Source: Chiloscyllium plagiosum
Taxonomy: Eukaryota
Direction of reading: 5' to 3'
Assembly (NCBI RefSeq): GCF_004010195.1
Contig: NC_057728.1
Coordinates: forward strand, 48,456,077-48,520,076
Length of the DNA stretch: 64,000 nt
Part shown: piece after piece, positions 1 to 12,619 of the stretch
Position numbering within the stretch: the first letter of the stretch is position 1
Layout: every line of letters starts with the position of its first letter
The notes under the pieces: model-generated
Databases searched by the model: none
Seen by the model: the letters and a program-made list of their open reading frames with translations, nothing else
Told to the model about the DNA's origin: nothing
Program-made: the position numbers and the translations under genes

Positions 1-500
1 ATTGGAACACAGAAACAGCTGAATTGGTGGGGTCAAGCTCCCGCAGAACCAGGATTTTTAGTTTTAGTAATAGCAATTGCTGGGGTCTTGAAACTGGGTT
101 TGGAAGCTATAGTACATTTCTCCCTGCTACTCTCGCTCTGAATTTTCCCTTGATCTGTTTCCTACTGGACAGTGGAATTGAATGAGAGACAACCTATTTT
201 TCTGAATTTGCCTTTGCCCAGGGTGTAGTTATAGAATATTACTATATTTGGGACAATTAATCAGTAGTTAATATATTTTATTAAGCATTTTGATAATTAC
301 AGTGAAGCCAACTCCTTCGTTTTGATCTTACTTTGTGTGTAATTGTAACTATAGTGTGTGAATAAAGTACATTTTGCTTCAAATTTGGTAGTTTGACCTA
401 TCCATACTGCAATGCCTGGCACTTGCCTTTAAAAGAAGAAAAAAATTACGGTCTAGAATATCTTAATATATTTTGAGGAGGTTTGGTCTGGTCCAAAACA
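1..500 (+). mobile_element. 3' part of an LTR (probable solo LTR), cut by the window start
   Basis: AATAAA at 361; the sequence ends abruptly in ...GGTCCAAAACA (CA terminus) at 500 and is followed by unrelated sequence. 5' end and TSD lie outside the window. Confidence 0.45.
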
Positions 501-559
501 ACACAATGGAAGGCTGAATTTTGCCTCTGCAAGGACTGTGCGGCAATTTTTCTTACCGG

Positions 560-1570
560 TCCTATCATGTACAGATGCAAATGCAGCTGAAGATTGGTAA
601 GGATGAAATCAAGTACGCTTTTCCCTCTTGTTGGTTCCCTTACCATCCATGGGGGTCTGTTCAGTTATCAAACTCTGTTGGTGCCTCAAATAAATGTAAA
701 TATAATCTTGTACAAGTAAAAGATGTCTTTGGTTTGTTGGATGGATAGAATCAAACTCTGATGTTTGTTTTGTTTTCTTCATATGCTACTGTACTGAACC
801 AAACTACTTTAGTGACTATGTATGTATACAAAGATATTTCATGAATAAGGTATATTTTTGAAATAGAAAAAACCTGCCACAGACCAGTCTAGCAGCTAAT
901 GGGGGAGGACTGTATATGGTAATCAGTAGGAGGTTTCCTTGCCCATGTTTCACCTGAAGCCATGAGACTTCATGGAGTCCAGAGTCAACTTTGAAGACTC
1001 TGAGGGCAACTCCCTCCTGACCATGTATCATTGTGCTGGCACGTCTGTCAGGCCTGTACGGCCAGTGGGACAGGACATATTCAGGGATAGTAACAGTGTG
1101 TCTGGGACATTGCCAGTAAGGTACGATTCCAGGATTATGCCTATGTCAGGCTATTGTTTAATTAGTCTGCAAGACACTTCTCCAATTTTGGAACTAGCCC
1201 CCAGATGTTAGTAACAAAGACTTTGAAGGGTCGACAGGGCTGTTACTGCCATTGTCTTTTCTGGTGCCTAGGTCAATGTGGGGTGGTTTACCTGGTTTCA
1301 TTTCTTTTTTTTAAATTTCGTAGCGATTGATACAACTGAGTAACTTGCTAGACAACCACATTGCTATGTGGTCTAGAGTCACATGCAGACCAGGTGAGGA
1401 CATTAGTGAGCCAGATGGGTTTTTCTGACAATTGACAGTGGTTTCATGGTCATTGGTGGATTCAAATTCCGCCATCTGCTGTGCTGGGATTCAAACCCAG
1501 GACCCCAGAAAATTAGCTGAGTTTCTGTATTAATAGTTGAGCAATAAAACCAGTAGACCATTGTTTCTCC
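560..1570 (-). mobile_element. 5' portion of a CR1/L2-clade LINE: tRNA-like head followed by a decayed APE endonuclease
   Basis: Minus strand: A-box-like TGGTCTACTGG (~1560) and B-box-like GGTTTGAATCC (~1495), then TNIWGLVPKL..PDIGIILESYL (~1215-1115), LHEVSWLQVKHGQGNLLLITIYSPP (ORF 816..1031) and REPTRGKSVLDFILTNL (ORF 446..646), all APE-type motifs. Interrupted at ~700-870. Confidence 0.75.
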
Positions 1571-1726
1571 TTCTGGAAACACAGATTAATTAACAACAGC
1601 AGAGCAGCAAGGACAGGACAGTGGCAGTAGGAATTTGCTTTATTCACAGAATGGTAACTATCACTCTGACAAATACAGAAAAACGGGTGTTTTTCAGTGA
1701 AAAAAAAGACACGCAGGTCATAAATA

Positions 1727-1930
1727 CAACAAAAACAGAAAGTGCTTGAAAAACTCAGCAGGTCAGGCAGCATCTGTCAAGAGAAATCAAAGTTAACGTT
1801 TCAGGTCTGGTGACCCTTAACATTAACTTTAATTTCTCTGCATAGATGATGCCAGACCTGCTGAGCTTTTCCAGCAACTTATATTTTTATTTCTGATTTA
1901 AAGCATCTGCAGTTCTTTAGATTTTTATTT
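1727..1930. mobile_element. Fold-back (inverted-repeat) Penelope-derived non-autonomous element
   Basis: Left arm AAAAACTCAGCAGGTCAGGCAGCATCTGT..GAGAAATCAAAGTTAA is inverted in the right arm TTAACTTTAATTTCTC..AGATGATGCCAGACCTGCTGAGCTTTT. The centre holds part of a hammerhead stem II/GAAAC on the minus strand. Confidence 0.7.
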
Positions 1931-3784
1931 AGCGAATCAAAAATGGATACTGAAGCTCAACTGCACCTGACAGGAAAAAAAAAGTACTATAGAAACTCAA
2001 GTTCATGAAGTTATTAATGCAATGAATACAGAAAATCTACTAATGTATTTAAAGATTGAAAAGATGTCGTTCAGTTATAACTGTCACTGGTAATACTTTA
2101 AGAATCAAATAAATAAGCATTATATCACTCTCTTATGGGATCTTTTCAATTACATCACACATCTTGCAACATTCAGATCTTAAGACAGAACCAAAAATGT
2201 GAAAACACAGAATTAGACACCATGTAAAATGGAGGGTAATTTCACATTCATAAAGGGAGTCCCAGCTTAATAGATATTCAAATACAATAATGCTACAATT
2301 TTGTTGATATTCTTTGAATTGTTCACTGCAAGCATTTATTTCTGGATGTATAAAAATATACTTACATCTTTTTCTGTTCGATGTGGGAACATTGAAGACT
2401 GGCTGTAATACAGACTTTCATCATGGTAATCGCTCTCCACTCCCTCTACAAACTTCTTTCTCGCAGCACCAAACATGCTGTTTGTCACCTATTGCAAAAA
2501 CAAAGCATTTTTTCCTTCAGATATTTTTGTCATTATCATTTGTATTCAAACAAAAAGTTTAGAGAAAAAAATATTATATTTCCATCTAAAATGCTTTCAA
2601 GCTATTCCAGTAAACTTCTTCACAATGATACGTTTAACTGTCTTAAAGTCTTTATGTCATACTTAGCTCAAGTGTTCCACAGTGAAAATTCTCTCTCAAG
2701 ATACAACTTAAAATGCAAGGGAAAAAGAACGTTTTCAGTTTGAGAACTTGTAATAAAACAGATTTGACTCAATGAGTCTGGTTTCTGAACATGCTGTGAC
2801 AAATATGCCTACAGAATTACTTATTCTTACCATTATACTTGAGTCAAACTCTAACAACAAACTACAGCAATAAATTAAAAATCCATGCAAAAGATAGGCT
2901 TTGAACACAAATAATCAAATTCTAAAGTTTGAATATGCCTTTGCCCCATTAGCAGAATTACTGAATGGCAAATTATATGCAGGAATACGCAACAGTAATT
3001 AAAATTTCAAGAACACATGTAAGTATTTTGATTTTCAGACAACTTCAATGTTTGATGAATTTTAAGAGTTCAGATACAATCCAATACATTTCACCGGAGT
3101 AGGCTGCTTGCTGCCATGGTAAATGACAATCCTTTGAATGGATTATTTTAGTGAATTGAAAGTCTTTCAGACATTCAATGGCACGACAACAGAAATATGA
3201 AAAGTATAATACCTGTTCAAATGTTAAATCAGATCTGCTTCTAGGTATTTGTTTAGCCAATAAGATTACAGGTGACTGAGAAGGTAAAGGAAGCAATTTT
3301 GGGGGCACCATTACCCTGAACAGTTCATCATTAAACAGGAAAACCTCAATCGCTGCACAGCTCCTACAAAGGCCTGCCACTTTTAAAAGGTGAAAGCATT
3401 ATGCCAACTTGTTTGAACCACATTTTTGCTCATGAGTTATTTCCAATTATTAAAAACCATCCAAGCATTCGAGAGGAAACTCTGTATTGCCCTTCTGCTG
3501 CACAAATGAAGTTTTACCATTTCCCAACCCATCGTAAGTGGGTGGTAAAAGTCACACCACTCTCATTTCCATTGGTATATTAAAAAAAACTAACGTACAT
3601 GCTCTTACAACAAAAGAAACAATAATTATCAGCAAGCTTACAATATGAAGCATAAATGTACAAAAATTCATGAACTCAAGGAATACTATTTTTTCAAATA
3701 GTCAAGTTCATTTTGTCCAAAAATTAAAACAGAAAATGCTACAAATACTCAGAAGTCTAGGCTGCATCACGGAAGAGGGAAACA

Positions 3785-4648
3785 GAGGCCGGACTTTTCT
3801 ACTGAAAGGATGGCCTTGCATCCTACTGAAAAGTTGGGGGTCGGTGGATGCGCGGGTAAGCAATCCTCTGCTTGTTTGGTTGCCCTATAGTCATTTTGTG
3901 GCTATTAGACCATTAACTGACTTAAGGTGGAACCTCCAATACATCTAGAATGAAGTCCCACCTCAGAGGTGTCAAGCCAGTAAAGCCGCAGCAGTGCCCA
4001 TTTTGAGCAGTCCTGAAAAAGACAGACTCCATGGACCCAACATGGGATGGCATGGGTGGCTCAGTGGTTAGCACTGCTGCCTCACAATGTCAATGACCCA
4101 GGTTCAACTCCACTCTTGGGTGACTGTGTAGAGTTTCCACATTCTCATGTTCATGTGGGTTTCCTTCAGGTGGTTCCTTTGCAGGTTAGGTGGTTTGGCC
4201 ACACTAAATTGCCTATGGTGTCCAGGGATGTGCAGACTGGGTGGATTAGACATGGGAAATGCAGGGTTACAAAGACAGGTTCAGGTGGTGGGTCTGGGTG
4301 GGATGCTCTTCAGGGGATTGATGTGGACCCAAAAGGTCAAATGACTTTTCACACTATCAGAGATTGCATTATCACATGTAGGCATGTCTGGAGTGCCATA
4401 GCGAAGGGGTTTAGAAGTCAGGTTTATTGTAGGTTGCCCTTGAGAGAGAGGGGTAACTATCTTGGTGGGGCCCAATTTTAGTTACTGAGTGGCTGGTTCA
4501 TCCCTCATCAGCCCATGTGATTGTCCATCTCCAATCAAGAGTAAAATATCAATGGTAGCATGAGGAGATTTTTGACCAGCCAAGAGCTCTATTTGGTTTT
4601 CATGCATGCAAGCAATTAACACTCCCATGCTGCAAGTAAAATCCCAGC
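3785..4648. mobile_element. Possible old non-autonomous DNA transposon carrying a nested HE1 SINE
   Basis: Weak terminal inverted similarity (GGCCGGACTTTT ... AAAATCCCAGC) around a GC-richer block. TSD not resolved. Confidence 0.3.
4050..4370 (+). mobile_element. HE1-type V-SINE (diverged)
   Basis: tRNA-like head GGTGGCTCAGTGGTTAGC...GGTTCAACTCC, central GAGTTTCCACATTCTC block and CR1-like tail; aligns by eye with the copies at 24747 and 47903. Confidence 0.8.
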
Positions 4649-5111
4649 AGAAGCCGATAGGATATGGGCACAGTTCAACTTCCTGGTGCACAATTTACAC
4701 ATACCTCTGCCCATATGCCAACCATCTCCAAGGGAAGTAAGGGTGCAAATTCAAGCTGAAGTTAATGTTTCAAAATATATTTTCCATACTCATATCATAG
4801 GTCTACTATTTTGGTAATTATTTCCCTTAATATTGAAGGACAATTTGACCAGAATCTTTAACTAAATCACATATCAAACTATTCTTCACACAATTCCATA
4901 GATTAGAAGGCAAAATTTGGAATACATACACGCAGAAAACAGTTGGTTATATTACATAAAACTATAAACCTTTGAGGGTAAGGTTATCAAAGGTACAAAA
5001 AGGGACACTATCAACAGAACTATACTGATCTAATAAACTAATTGCTGAATTAAGTTTTCCATAATTAATTTATCAATCAACATAAGATTGGATAGGCTAT
5101 GCTTGTATCAT

Positions 5112-5360
5112 ATGGTCTAGTGGCCTAGTCAAGGGCCTTTTGATATTATCCCTAAACTATTAATCCAGAAACTCAGCTAATGCTCTGGAGACCTGGGTTC
5201 AAGTCCTGCCATGGCAGATAGTTGGAATTTGAATTCAATTTTAAAAATTCTGGAATTAAAGATCTAATGATGACCAGGAAACTATTGTTGATTGCCAGAC
5301 AGGCCCATCTGGTTCACTAACATCCTTTAGTGAAGGAAACTGCCATCCTTAACTGGACTT
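5112..5360 (+). mobile_element. tRNA-headed SINE (same family as 11581-11910), 3'-truncated
   Basis: TGGTCTAGTGG A box, GGTTCAAGTCC B box; body matches 11581-11800. Confidence 0.75.
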
Positions 5361-5368
5361 GCTGATGT

Positions 5369-5498
5369 CCAGGAATTAAGGGCTACGGGGAGAATGCGGG
5401 TAAGTGGAGTTGAAATGCCCATCAGCCATGATTGAATGGCAGAGTGGACTCGATGGACCGAATGGCCTTACTTCCGCTCCTATGTCTTATGGTCTTAT
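5369..5498 (+). mobile_element. CR1 3' end fragment
   Basis: Nearly identical to 28118-28236; ends in a CCTATGTCTTATGGTCTTAT short-repeat tail. Confidence 0.8.
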
Positions 5499-5684
5499 AT
5501 ACTGGATAACCAGCACAGGACAACTACAATTTTGTGCACTGGAAAACAACTTATATCTGTCCTGAAACTAAATGAATGCCAGGAGGAATAGCAACTAACA
5601 GAACCAAAGTTAATCAAAAGGTAATCAGTAATCCAGTTTTATAGCCTTTTTGTGGTTGATTAGGGAAGAGGATACCTTTTGTTT

Positions 5685-5825
5685 TTGTTCTTGTTCTTTC
5701 ATGGAATGTGAGTATCACAGGCAAGGCCAAACTCTAATGGTTTTTGAGAAGGAAATGGAGAGCGCTCTTTTCAACTGCTGCAGTCCATCTGGTGTAGGTA
5801 CACTGACAGTTGTTAGGAAGGGACA
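5685..5825 (-). mobile_element. 3' end of a CR1/L2-clade LINE
   Basis: Minus-strand tail GGCCTTGCCTGTGATACTCACATTCCATGAAAGAACAA resembles the SINE tail at 11860-11908. Confidence 0.55.
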
Positions 5826-8669
5826 TATGGAACTACTCTGAACGACTACATCCAAATGAAACGAGAAATTGCAGCTCAAACATTACCCAAAAAAAATCAG
5901 CATCAACAGAAGTTGGAATCTTTTAAAATTGAGATGAAGTACCACAGAAATCATTCAGCATCTGATCATGCTTTGCTGTAAAATGAAAGCACTTTTCTTT
6001 GACACATGCATTAAAATCTAGATTGGTTGGCTGAGAAAATAAAGAAAGGCCATGACTACATCTGAAGAGATCATCAAATATCTCTGAACTCAAAATGGAT
6101 TCCAACTGATCTTCAGCAAGGATCAAGACTCTTAAGATCCCATAACAATTGTTGTGGGAAAACATAGGACAATTCAGTTTGTATTCTACCATGGAATATG
6201 AGAATAAATTTCAAAACAGCTTTTTGACATAGGCACAAGGAAACAGCAGAATGGCAAAAGCTCATGGATGTCATCTTTCTTGGAGACCATCACGCTAATT
6301 CTACTTCCGTCCAAAAGCATTAAGGTAGCAGAATTTTTTTTTATATGGTAGCTGGTGCACGGAACTAACACTGCACAGCATGACTCATGAGGTTCACAAG
6401 ATTATTTTGTTTATATTATTTTAAATTTAGACAAGTGAAGGGAATTATGTAAGCTGTTATACAGCAAGTTCTAGTGATTTGACTGTGAGAAATCAAAGAA
6501 AAGCTTCAATTACTTCAATGTATTTTTTTTACTGGGAAACAATATTCACAACCTGAGTTTACCAAAATGGGAAACTCAATCTCCCAAAGAACCAGAAAGA
6601 TGGTATAGGTGTATTATCCTTTTACTTTTACAAAGAAGGGAAGTGGTTTCAATCTAGACACAAAGCTGTAATGTGTTACACACAGCATTATGATAAGGAC
6701 AGAGGAAGTCACTTTTGAGATGAGGTTACAGACTTTCCTATAAATGAATGAATATCATGAACAGACAGCAGTTGTGTGGTCAGCAAGGAGAAGAGGCTGC
6801 TTGGCTTTGTGAGCTATTTCAGCTTGTTGCAAGAGGGATGCCAACTGTATTGAAAAATAAATATCTTTCAGTCCATCCAAGGATTCTAGGAGACTCATTC
6901 CTGTTTGGCAAGGTGGAAGAATCATTACAACAGACCTCATTGCTGTTTGCGCATTTAAGAATTACTATAAAAACTGGGCAAAGCACCAACAGATTGTCTG
7001 TTGAAATTACTGCTCAGCAAAACAGGGAAACAAGAATCCAGTGGAATCTGGGAAAAACCCATACCCTGTTTGGTAAAAGGGCTATACACCCCATAGTTCA
7101 GTGTGTGATTAGAAAGGAAATATTTAAAGTTGCCGAAGAGGAAGAAATGAATACTCAGATAAGTGTTATTTGTGTAGCAAGTGTTACTTGCTACACAAGT
7201 GAAATCTTCTGTAATTCTTTCAGCTAATTAACTAGAAATGTAATTCTTTCAAACATGATTGGTGTCCACAGACATCATAACAGTGGGCTAATACTGCCAG
7301 ATTATCTTTCATTGTAAAGATGTGTTTATTTTCTGGAAGATTTCCCTTTTTCCATGAAAAATTTAGTTAACTCTTTGCTCAAATTTCAAATGATACAAGA
7401 CTGTAAAATAAGGCATGTTAATTAACAGGTTAATAACAAGAAAAACTAAATCCTTAGCCATACATTATTCAAATTCACCTTCCTGTTGTTATTGGCCTGA
7501 AATTCTTCCCTGATTTTCAAGGGAATCGATTACTGCTACCAGAAATGCGATTACAGGATAGCTCAAATTCAAATCACAAAAGGAAATTAGAAACCAAAAA
7601 AATTAGATACATCTTAGACAGCCAGGCGACTGTCTATCCCCAGCAGTGAACTAATGGTAACTGAGACACTCAATAATTGCTGAAGATACATCATAAGGCA
7701 GCAAAAATAATTCAGAGAAAAATATAACAGATTTTCTGTCACTATACCCAAGAGCCAGTCAATTAAAAAGGTCAGTAATTTCAGGGCAAAAAAATAAGCT
7801 GTTTCAAAATAAAGTTACAAATTAGAGCAAATTAATTTATGTTGTCTTACTGTATTGCATTCACTACAAAGTATGTTATGGTCAAGAAATTCAAAAAAAC
7901 TTTGATGTTTTTATTCAACTTAACCATTCTTCCTCAATACAGCACTTAACTAACATTTGACAACAATAGTACTGCACCAGACTCTGTTTTACGCAGCTAA
8001 AGAAACTGGGGCAGGATGCAGGTGGACAGGAAAGCACAACTAAAGCAGCTCAATCCAATCCCTTGGTGGGCTGAAGAAATCTCCTCTACAAACCTGCTTT
8101 AACTTATACCTACCACATTAATACTCACCTAGTAATTTGTAGTTAATCTACTTCGCAGGTCAAGATATTTTGAAAGCTACTTCCCTTTAAATTTGGCATC
8201 CAGTCAGAGTAAATGTTATAATAGTTGTACTTTTCTCCACATTGCCTGTGACTATTGAACAATCGGGCCAAACACAGATGCAAAACTTTTACAAGTGTTT
8301 GCCCAAAAAAAACTACAGCTACTAGATCACAGTTTATTCAATTCTTTTTGAAAGTTACTATTGAATCAGCTCCCATCGCACTTTAAGGCAGTACATCACA
8401 AATTATAAGAACTTGCTGCTTGAAACATGTTCTCATCTTGCCTCTGGCCACTTTACCAACTAAATCTTTATCATCTGGTTACCAACCTCTCTGACAGTAG
8501 AAGCACTTTGTTCTTATTGTGATAAGAATTTTACTTGATAGTAAACTGAGCTCCTGATCAGTCACCATACTCATTCTCAAAACTTTCAAATCATTGCATA
8601 GTCAACCAGTTTTTTAATCCATGCCAACTACAATGTACGGTCTTGTCATTTCAAATTTACATATCTGCA

Positions 8670-8995
8670 ATCATAGAATCATCAAATCCCTACAGTGTAG
8701 AAACAGGCCCTTCGGCCCAGACGTCCACACCGACCCATTACTCTACTATCCAATATTTACTCCTGACTAATGCATCCAACTTACACATCCCTGGACACTA
8801 TGGGCAACTGAGCAAGGCCAATTTACCTAACCTGCAAACTTTGGATTGTGGGAGGAAACCGGAGCACCCGGAGGAATGCCACGAAGATACGGGGAGAACG
8901 TGCAAACTCCACACAGTCACCCAAGGTTGGAATTGAACCCAGGTCCCTAGTGCTATGAGGCAGCAGCACAAACCACTGACCCACCATGCTGCCCT
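8670..8995 (-). mobile_element. HE1-type V-SINE
   Basis: Reverse complement of the tRNA head (8930-8995), central block and CR1-like tail. Confidence 0.85.
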
Positions 8996-9010
8996 AAACC
9001 TAAGTATTCT

Positions 9011-9150
9011 ACGTTAAAAATCACACAGCAGGTGATGGAGTGTTGCTCCGAAAGCTAGTGTGCTTCCAATTAAATCTGTTGGACTATAATCTGGTATTGT
9101 GTAATTTTTAACTTTGTACACCCCAGTCCAACACCGGCATCTCCAAATCA
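9011..9150 (+). mobile_element. Short Penelope-derived insertion with an inverted 5' piece and a partial hammerhead
   Basis: TSD TAAGTATTCT at 9001-9010 and 9151-9160. Sequence matches the Penelope end at 44646-44765; GCTCCGAAAGCTAGTG is retained but the CUGAUGA core is lost. Confidence 0.8.
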
Positions 9151-9684
9151 TAAGTATTCTGCGGTGCACAACTTAATTCCTGCTCCTTACGCCCAAATCT
9201 AATTGAATAGTTCCTAGCTTACAATTTTAACATGCAGCTTCTAATATTATTTTCCAGTGTTCAACCCACCTCCTTTATCGCACTCACTTAAAATTCTAAT
9301 ATATATCGCACCACATCCATACTCTTAATTTGGTAAAGTCTGTTTATCATTGCATGTCTAAACAGGTCTCAACTTTTTGACAACATAATTAACATTAAAT
9401 TTTAATGAGTAACCATTGGTAATATTGTAGCCACTATCTTTGACCCTTTGCCATTGCTTCCATGCCCAGTCATGCACTCAAAATAAATCAGCTTGTATAC
9501 TGCCATGATCCTATTTAACCTCAAGTTGGGTGCCCAATCTCAGTATCATTATTAACACAAAAACAATTTTATTCCTGCACATCCAGCAATTTTCTGAATG
9601 AGTGCACAGTTTCTGTTTCTCTAGTACAGTCTTTCTTTGCATCCCCTCCATATGTTCTTCCCACAATCCACAACAATATCCATT

Positions 9685-9800
9685 AAAGAATTGTGAATGC
9701 TGTAAATCAGAAACAAAGAAATTGCTGGAAAAGCTCAGCAGGTCTGGCAGCATCTGTGGAGAGAAATCAGATCGGGTTAACTGACCCTTTCTCAGAACAT
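9685..9800 (-). mobile_element. Penelope-derived short element (one arm)
   Basis: Matches the arm of 1727-1930 (GAAAAGCTCAGCAGGTCTGGCAGCATCTGTGGAGAGAAATCAG). Confidence 0.65.
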
Positions 9801-9852
9801 CCATTTTTGTAATTTCTAATTTTGTTCCACAACAATATCTAACCAGGCTTGT

Positions 9853-10148
9853 TTAGATTAGATTAGATTAGATTACTTAGTGTGAAAACAGGCCCTTTGG
9901 CCCAACAAGTCCACACCGACCCTCCGAACAGCAACCCACCCAGACCCATTCCCTTACATTTACCCCTTCACCTAACACTACAGGCAATTTAGCATGGCCA
10001 ATTCACCTAACCTGCACCTGGAGGAAACCTATGCAGACACGGGGAGAATGTGCAAACTCCACACAGACAGTTGCCTGAGGCAGGAATTGAACCCGGGTCT
10101 CTGTCGCTGTGAGGCAGCAGTGCTAGCCACTGTGCCACCATGCCGCCC
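9853..10148 (-). mobile_element. HE1-type V-SINE with (AATCT)n tail
   Basis: (AGATT)n at 9853-9875; body is the reverse complement of 24747-25080. Confidence 0.9.
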
Positions 10149-11580
10149 ATTCTTCCTAACTCTTCCACCTTGCCACCAGTTTCTAGCTCCTAAATCATCC
10201 TAAAAGTTACCATCTTTAATTTAGTCACATCTTCTGACTGCTGGGTGTCCATTTTCTATGCTTGCAACCTTTACTTTTAAATCACTAAATATATTTCATA
10301 CAATAAAAATAACTGTTGAATCAAAATGGTTTGAGTCTCAAATTTAACTATAGATTAATTTATGAAAAACAGTGTGTGAAGTCTACTGAACCCACCTGCT
10401 GTTGCAAAATCCTATACAATCTCCTTTCTCAACTAAATGACTCATCTACTTCTTGATCCTCCATCATTTTTCGAATTAATCTAAAGAAGCCACCTAGTAT
10501 TACCATTATGATTATAGAGATTAAAAAGATATCTTCTCCTGCTGTTACATTGAACTGTAAAATACAAAACAATTAAAAGTCATCACAGTAAATGCATAAA
10601 ATCTGAATTTGAATGATCAACCGTTTGTGGGTAAGAAACAGCAGCAACCCCTGATTTTTGACCCGGATAAGTAAAGTTCCAGTTTCCAATGAGATTTGCT
10701 CTAACCTATGTTCAAAATTAAAGTGCAAGATATTCCAGCCATGTCTGTAGTCTTTGTTGCTGAGATACTGGAAAGCACCAAGGACAACAGAACATTCTGT
10801 TTCATTTCACATGTACCCTTAATTCTACTTTTTTAAAGCATGATATCAACATTATAAGTGGAGAACAACAAATACATCACTTTGTGTTACGAGGCAGTGA
10901 CAGGAAATGAAAGTGCGTCTTAAAGACAGAACAATTTTTTTTAAGCTAAATTGACTTGGACTACTCTTTTATGTTTATTATTGATTGATTCAGAGTCATG
11001 GAAACAGGTTGTGTGCCAAACAGGGTATTCACTGATTGAGGAGTGTATAATTACGCACTTTTTTAAAAAAAAAAGCACAGTCCAATAAACATTAAAACTT
11101 TAAAAATTAGTTGGGACAGTATAATGAAACATTTAGATTTTTTGAATTATTTTTTGGGCATGTAGCATTCTGCATCATTACACAGTTAAATAAAGTGGAG
11201 CAAATATATTTCAAGCTGGAAGACAGCAGCCAAGTTATCAGCTGTTGCAATGCAATCTTTCTTTACAGATGTAACATTCATTTAGAAACAAGGTCTGTCT
11301 GTTTTAATATTGTACAAACCCAAGCATTCACATTTGAAGAACCAAATCTATATATATATAAAACATACACAAACTGTTACAGGAATTAACAAGTAATGAA
11401 GAATTTGTTGAAAAGTCACTCTCAGGCATTGTGACACCCAAGAATGCACTCTGTATGCCATTGACTTTGAATGTAATTATTTCTATTGATTGCTAGGTGC
11501 TCAGGTTCTGTAATTTTTCTGATGAGGAATGAATACATAATGCAAATTTAAAAGCCACTCTCTGGGAATGTTGAAAAATG

Positions 11581-11910
11581 CGATGGCCTAATGGTATTAG
11601 CGCTGGACTGTTAATGCAGAGACCCAGATAATGTTCTGGTGATCCGGGTTCAAATCCCGCTATGGCAGACAGTGGACTTTGAATTAAGTAAAAATCTGGA
11701 ATTAAGAGTCTAAAGATAACCATGAATCCATTGTCAATTGTTGGAAAAACCTATCTGGATCACTAATGTCCTTTAGGGAAGGAAGCTGCCATCCTTACCT
11801 GGTCTAACCTACACGCAACTCCAGACCCACAACAGTGTGGTTTACCCTTAACTGCAATGCAATAAATGCTGCCTAGCCAGCGATGCCTCATCCAGTGAGT
11901 GAATAAAAAA
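11581..11910 (+). mobile_element. tRNA-headed SINE, apparently full length
   Basis: A box TGGCCTAATGG, B box GGTTCAAATCC; body shared with 1370-1570(-) and 5112-5360; LINE-type tail ending GTGAATAAAAAA. Confidence 0.8.
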
Positions 11911-12619
11911 ATGTTCTGCTTCTCAGGCAAATCCATCTCTGATATTACTGTTGTTTTACATTGCACAATTAATATGGAAACAGACACAGGATTACTTCAA
12001 TGCTTACATAGGTAACAGGAGAGAGCAAATTTGAACATTATCTCCCGTTAAAAGGACAAAATATTTAAAGGGACAAGAGTTTGTGATGTTTCAGGACTGC
12101 TATTAAGACTTTTTTTAAGGAACAGTTGTTGATACTCAGCTGAAACAGACTTGATGAAGAAACGTAGCAATTAAGTGGTTTACTGATAGATTGAAATCTC
12201 ATCTAGGATTTTCTGTCATAAGTAACCTACATCTTTAACAAGGTGCCAAAGTATTGCCAGAGTCTGTGGAACTACATTGCAAAATGTCATCTCCAAGTGA
12301 AAATAAGTAAATTTAACCAACCGTTAAAGCACAATTCTCCCAGTGATACAGGCACAAATGCAGTGCTTCTGTCAGTTATAGGTGACGATGAAATAAAGAG
12401 AGAAAGTTTCTCCTTGGAAGAAACTGTTGTGTAATCAAACTATAAATATAAAACTCAACGAGGACAGAGGAAAAAAGATAAACAAACCACATCATCTGAA
12501 GGCTTGTAAAATGTCAAAGAAAATGAAGTCAGGCAATTATAAACAACATTCATTAAGTATTCTCACTTGGCAAACTTATTAAATAAAAAAACAAATTCAT
12601 GAGCCTCAAAAGCACAAAT

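Noticed and set aside
6748..7227. 159-aa plus-strand ORF
   Set aside because: No recognisable domain or splice context; more likely a chance ORF, perhaps within an old LTR-like repeat whose ends could not be defined.
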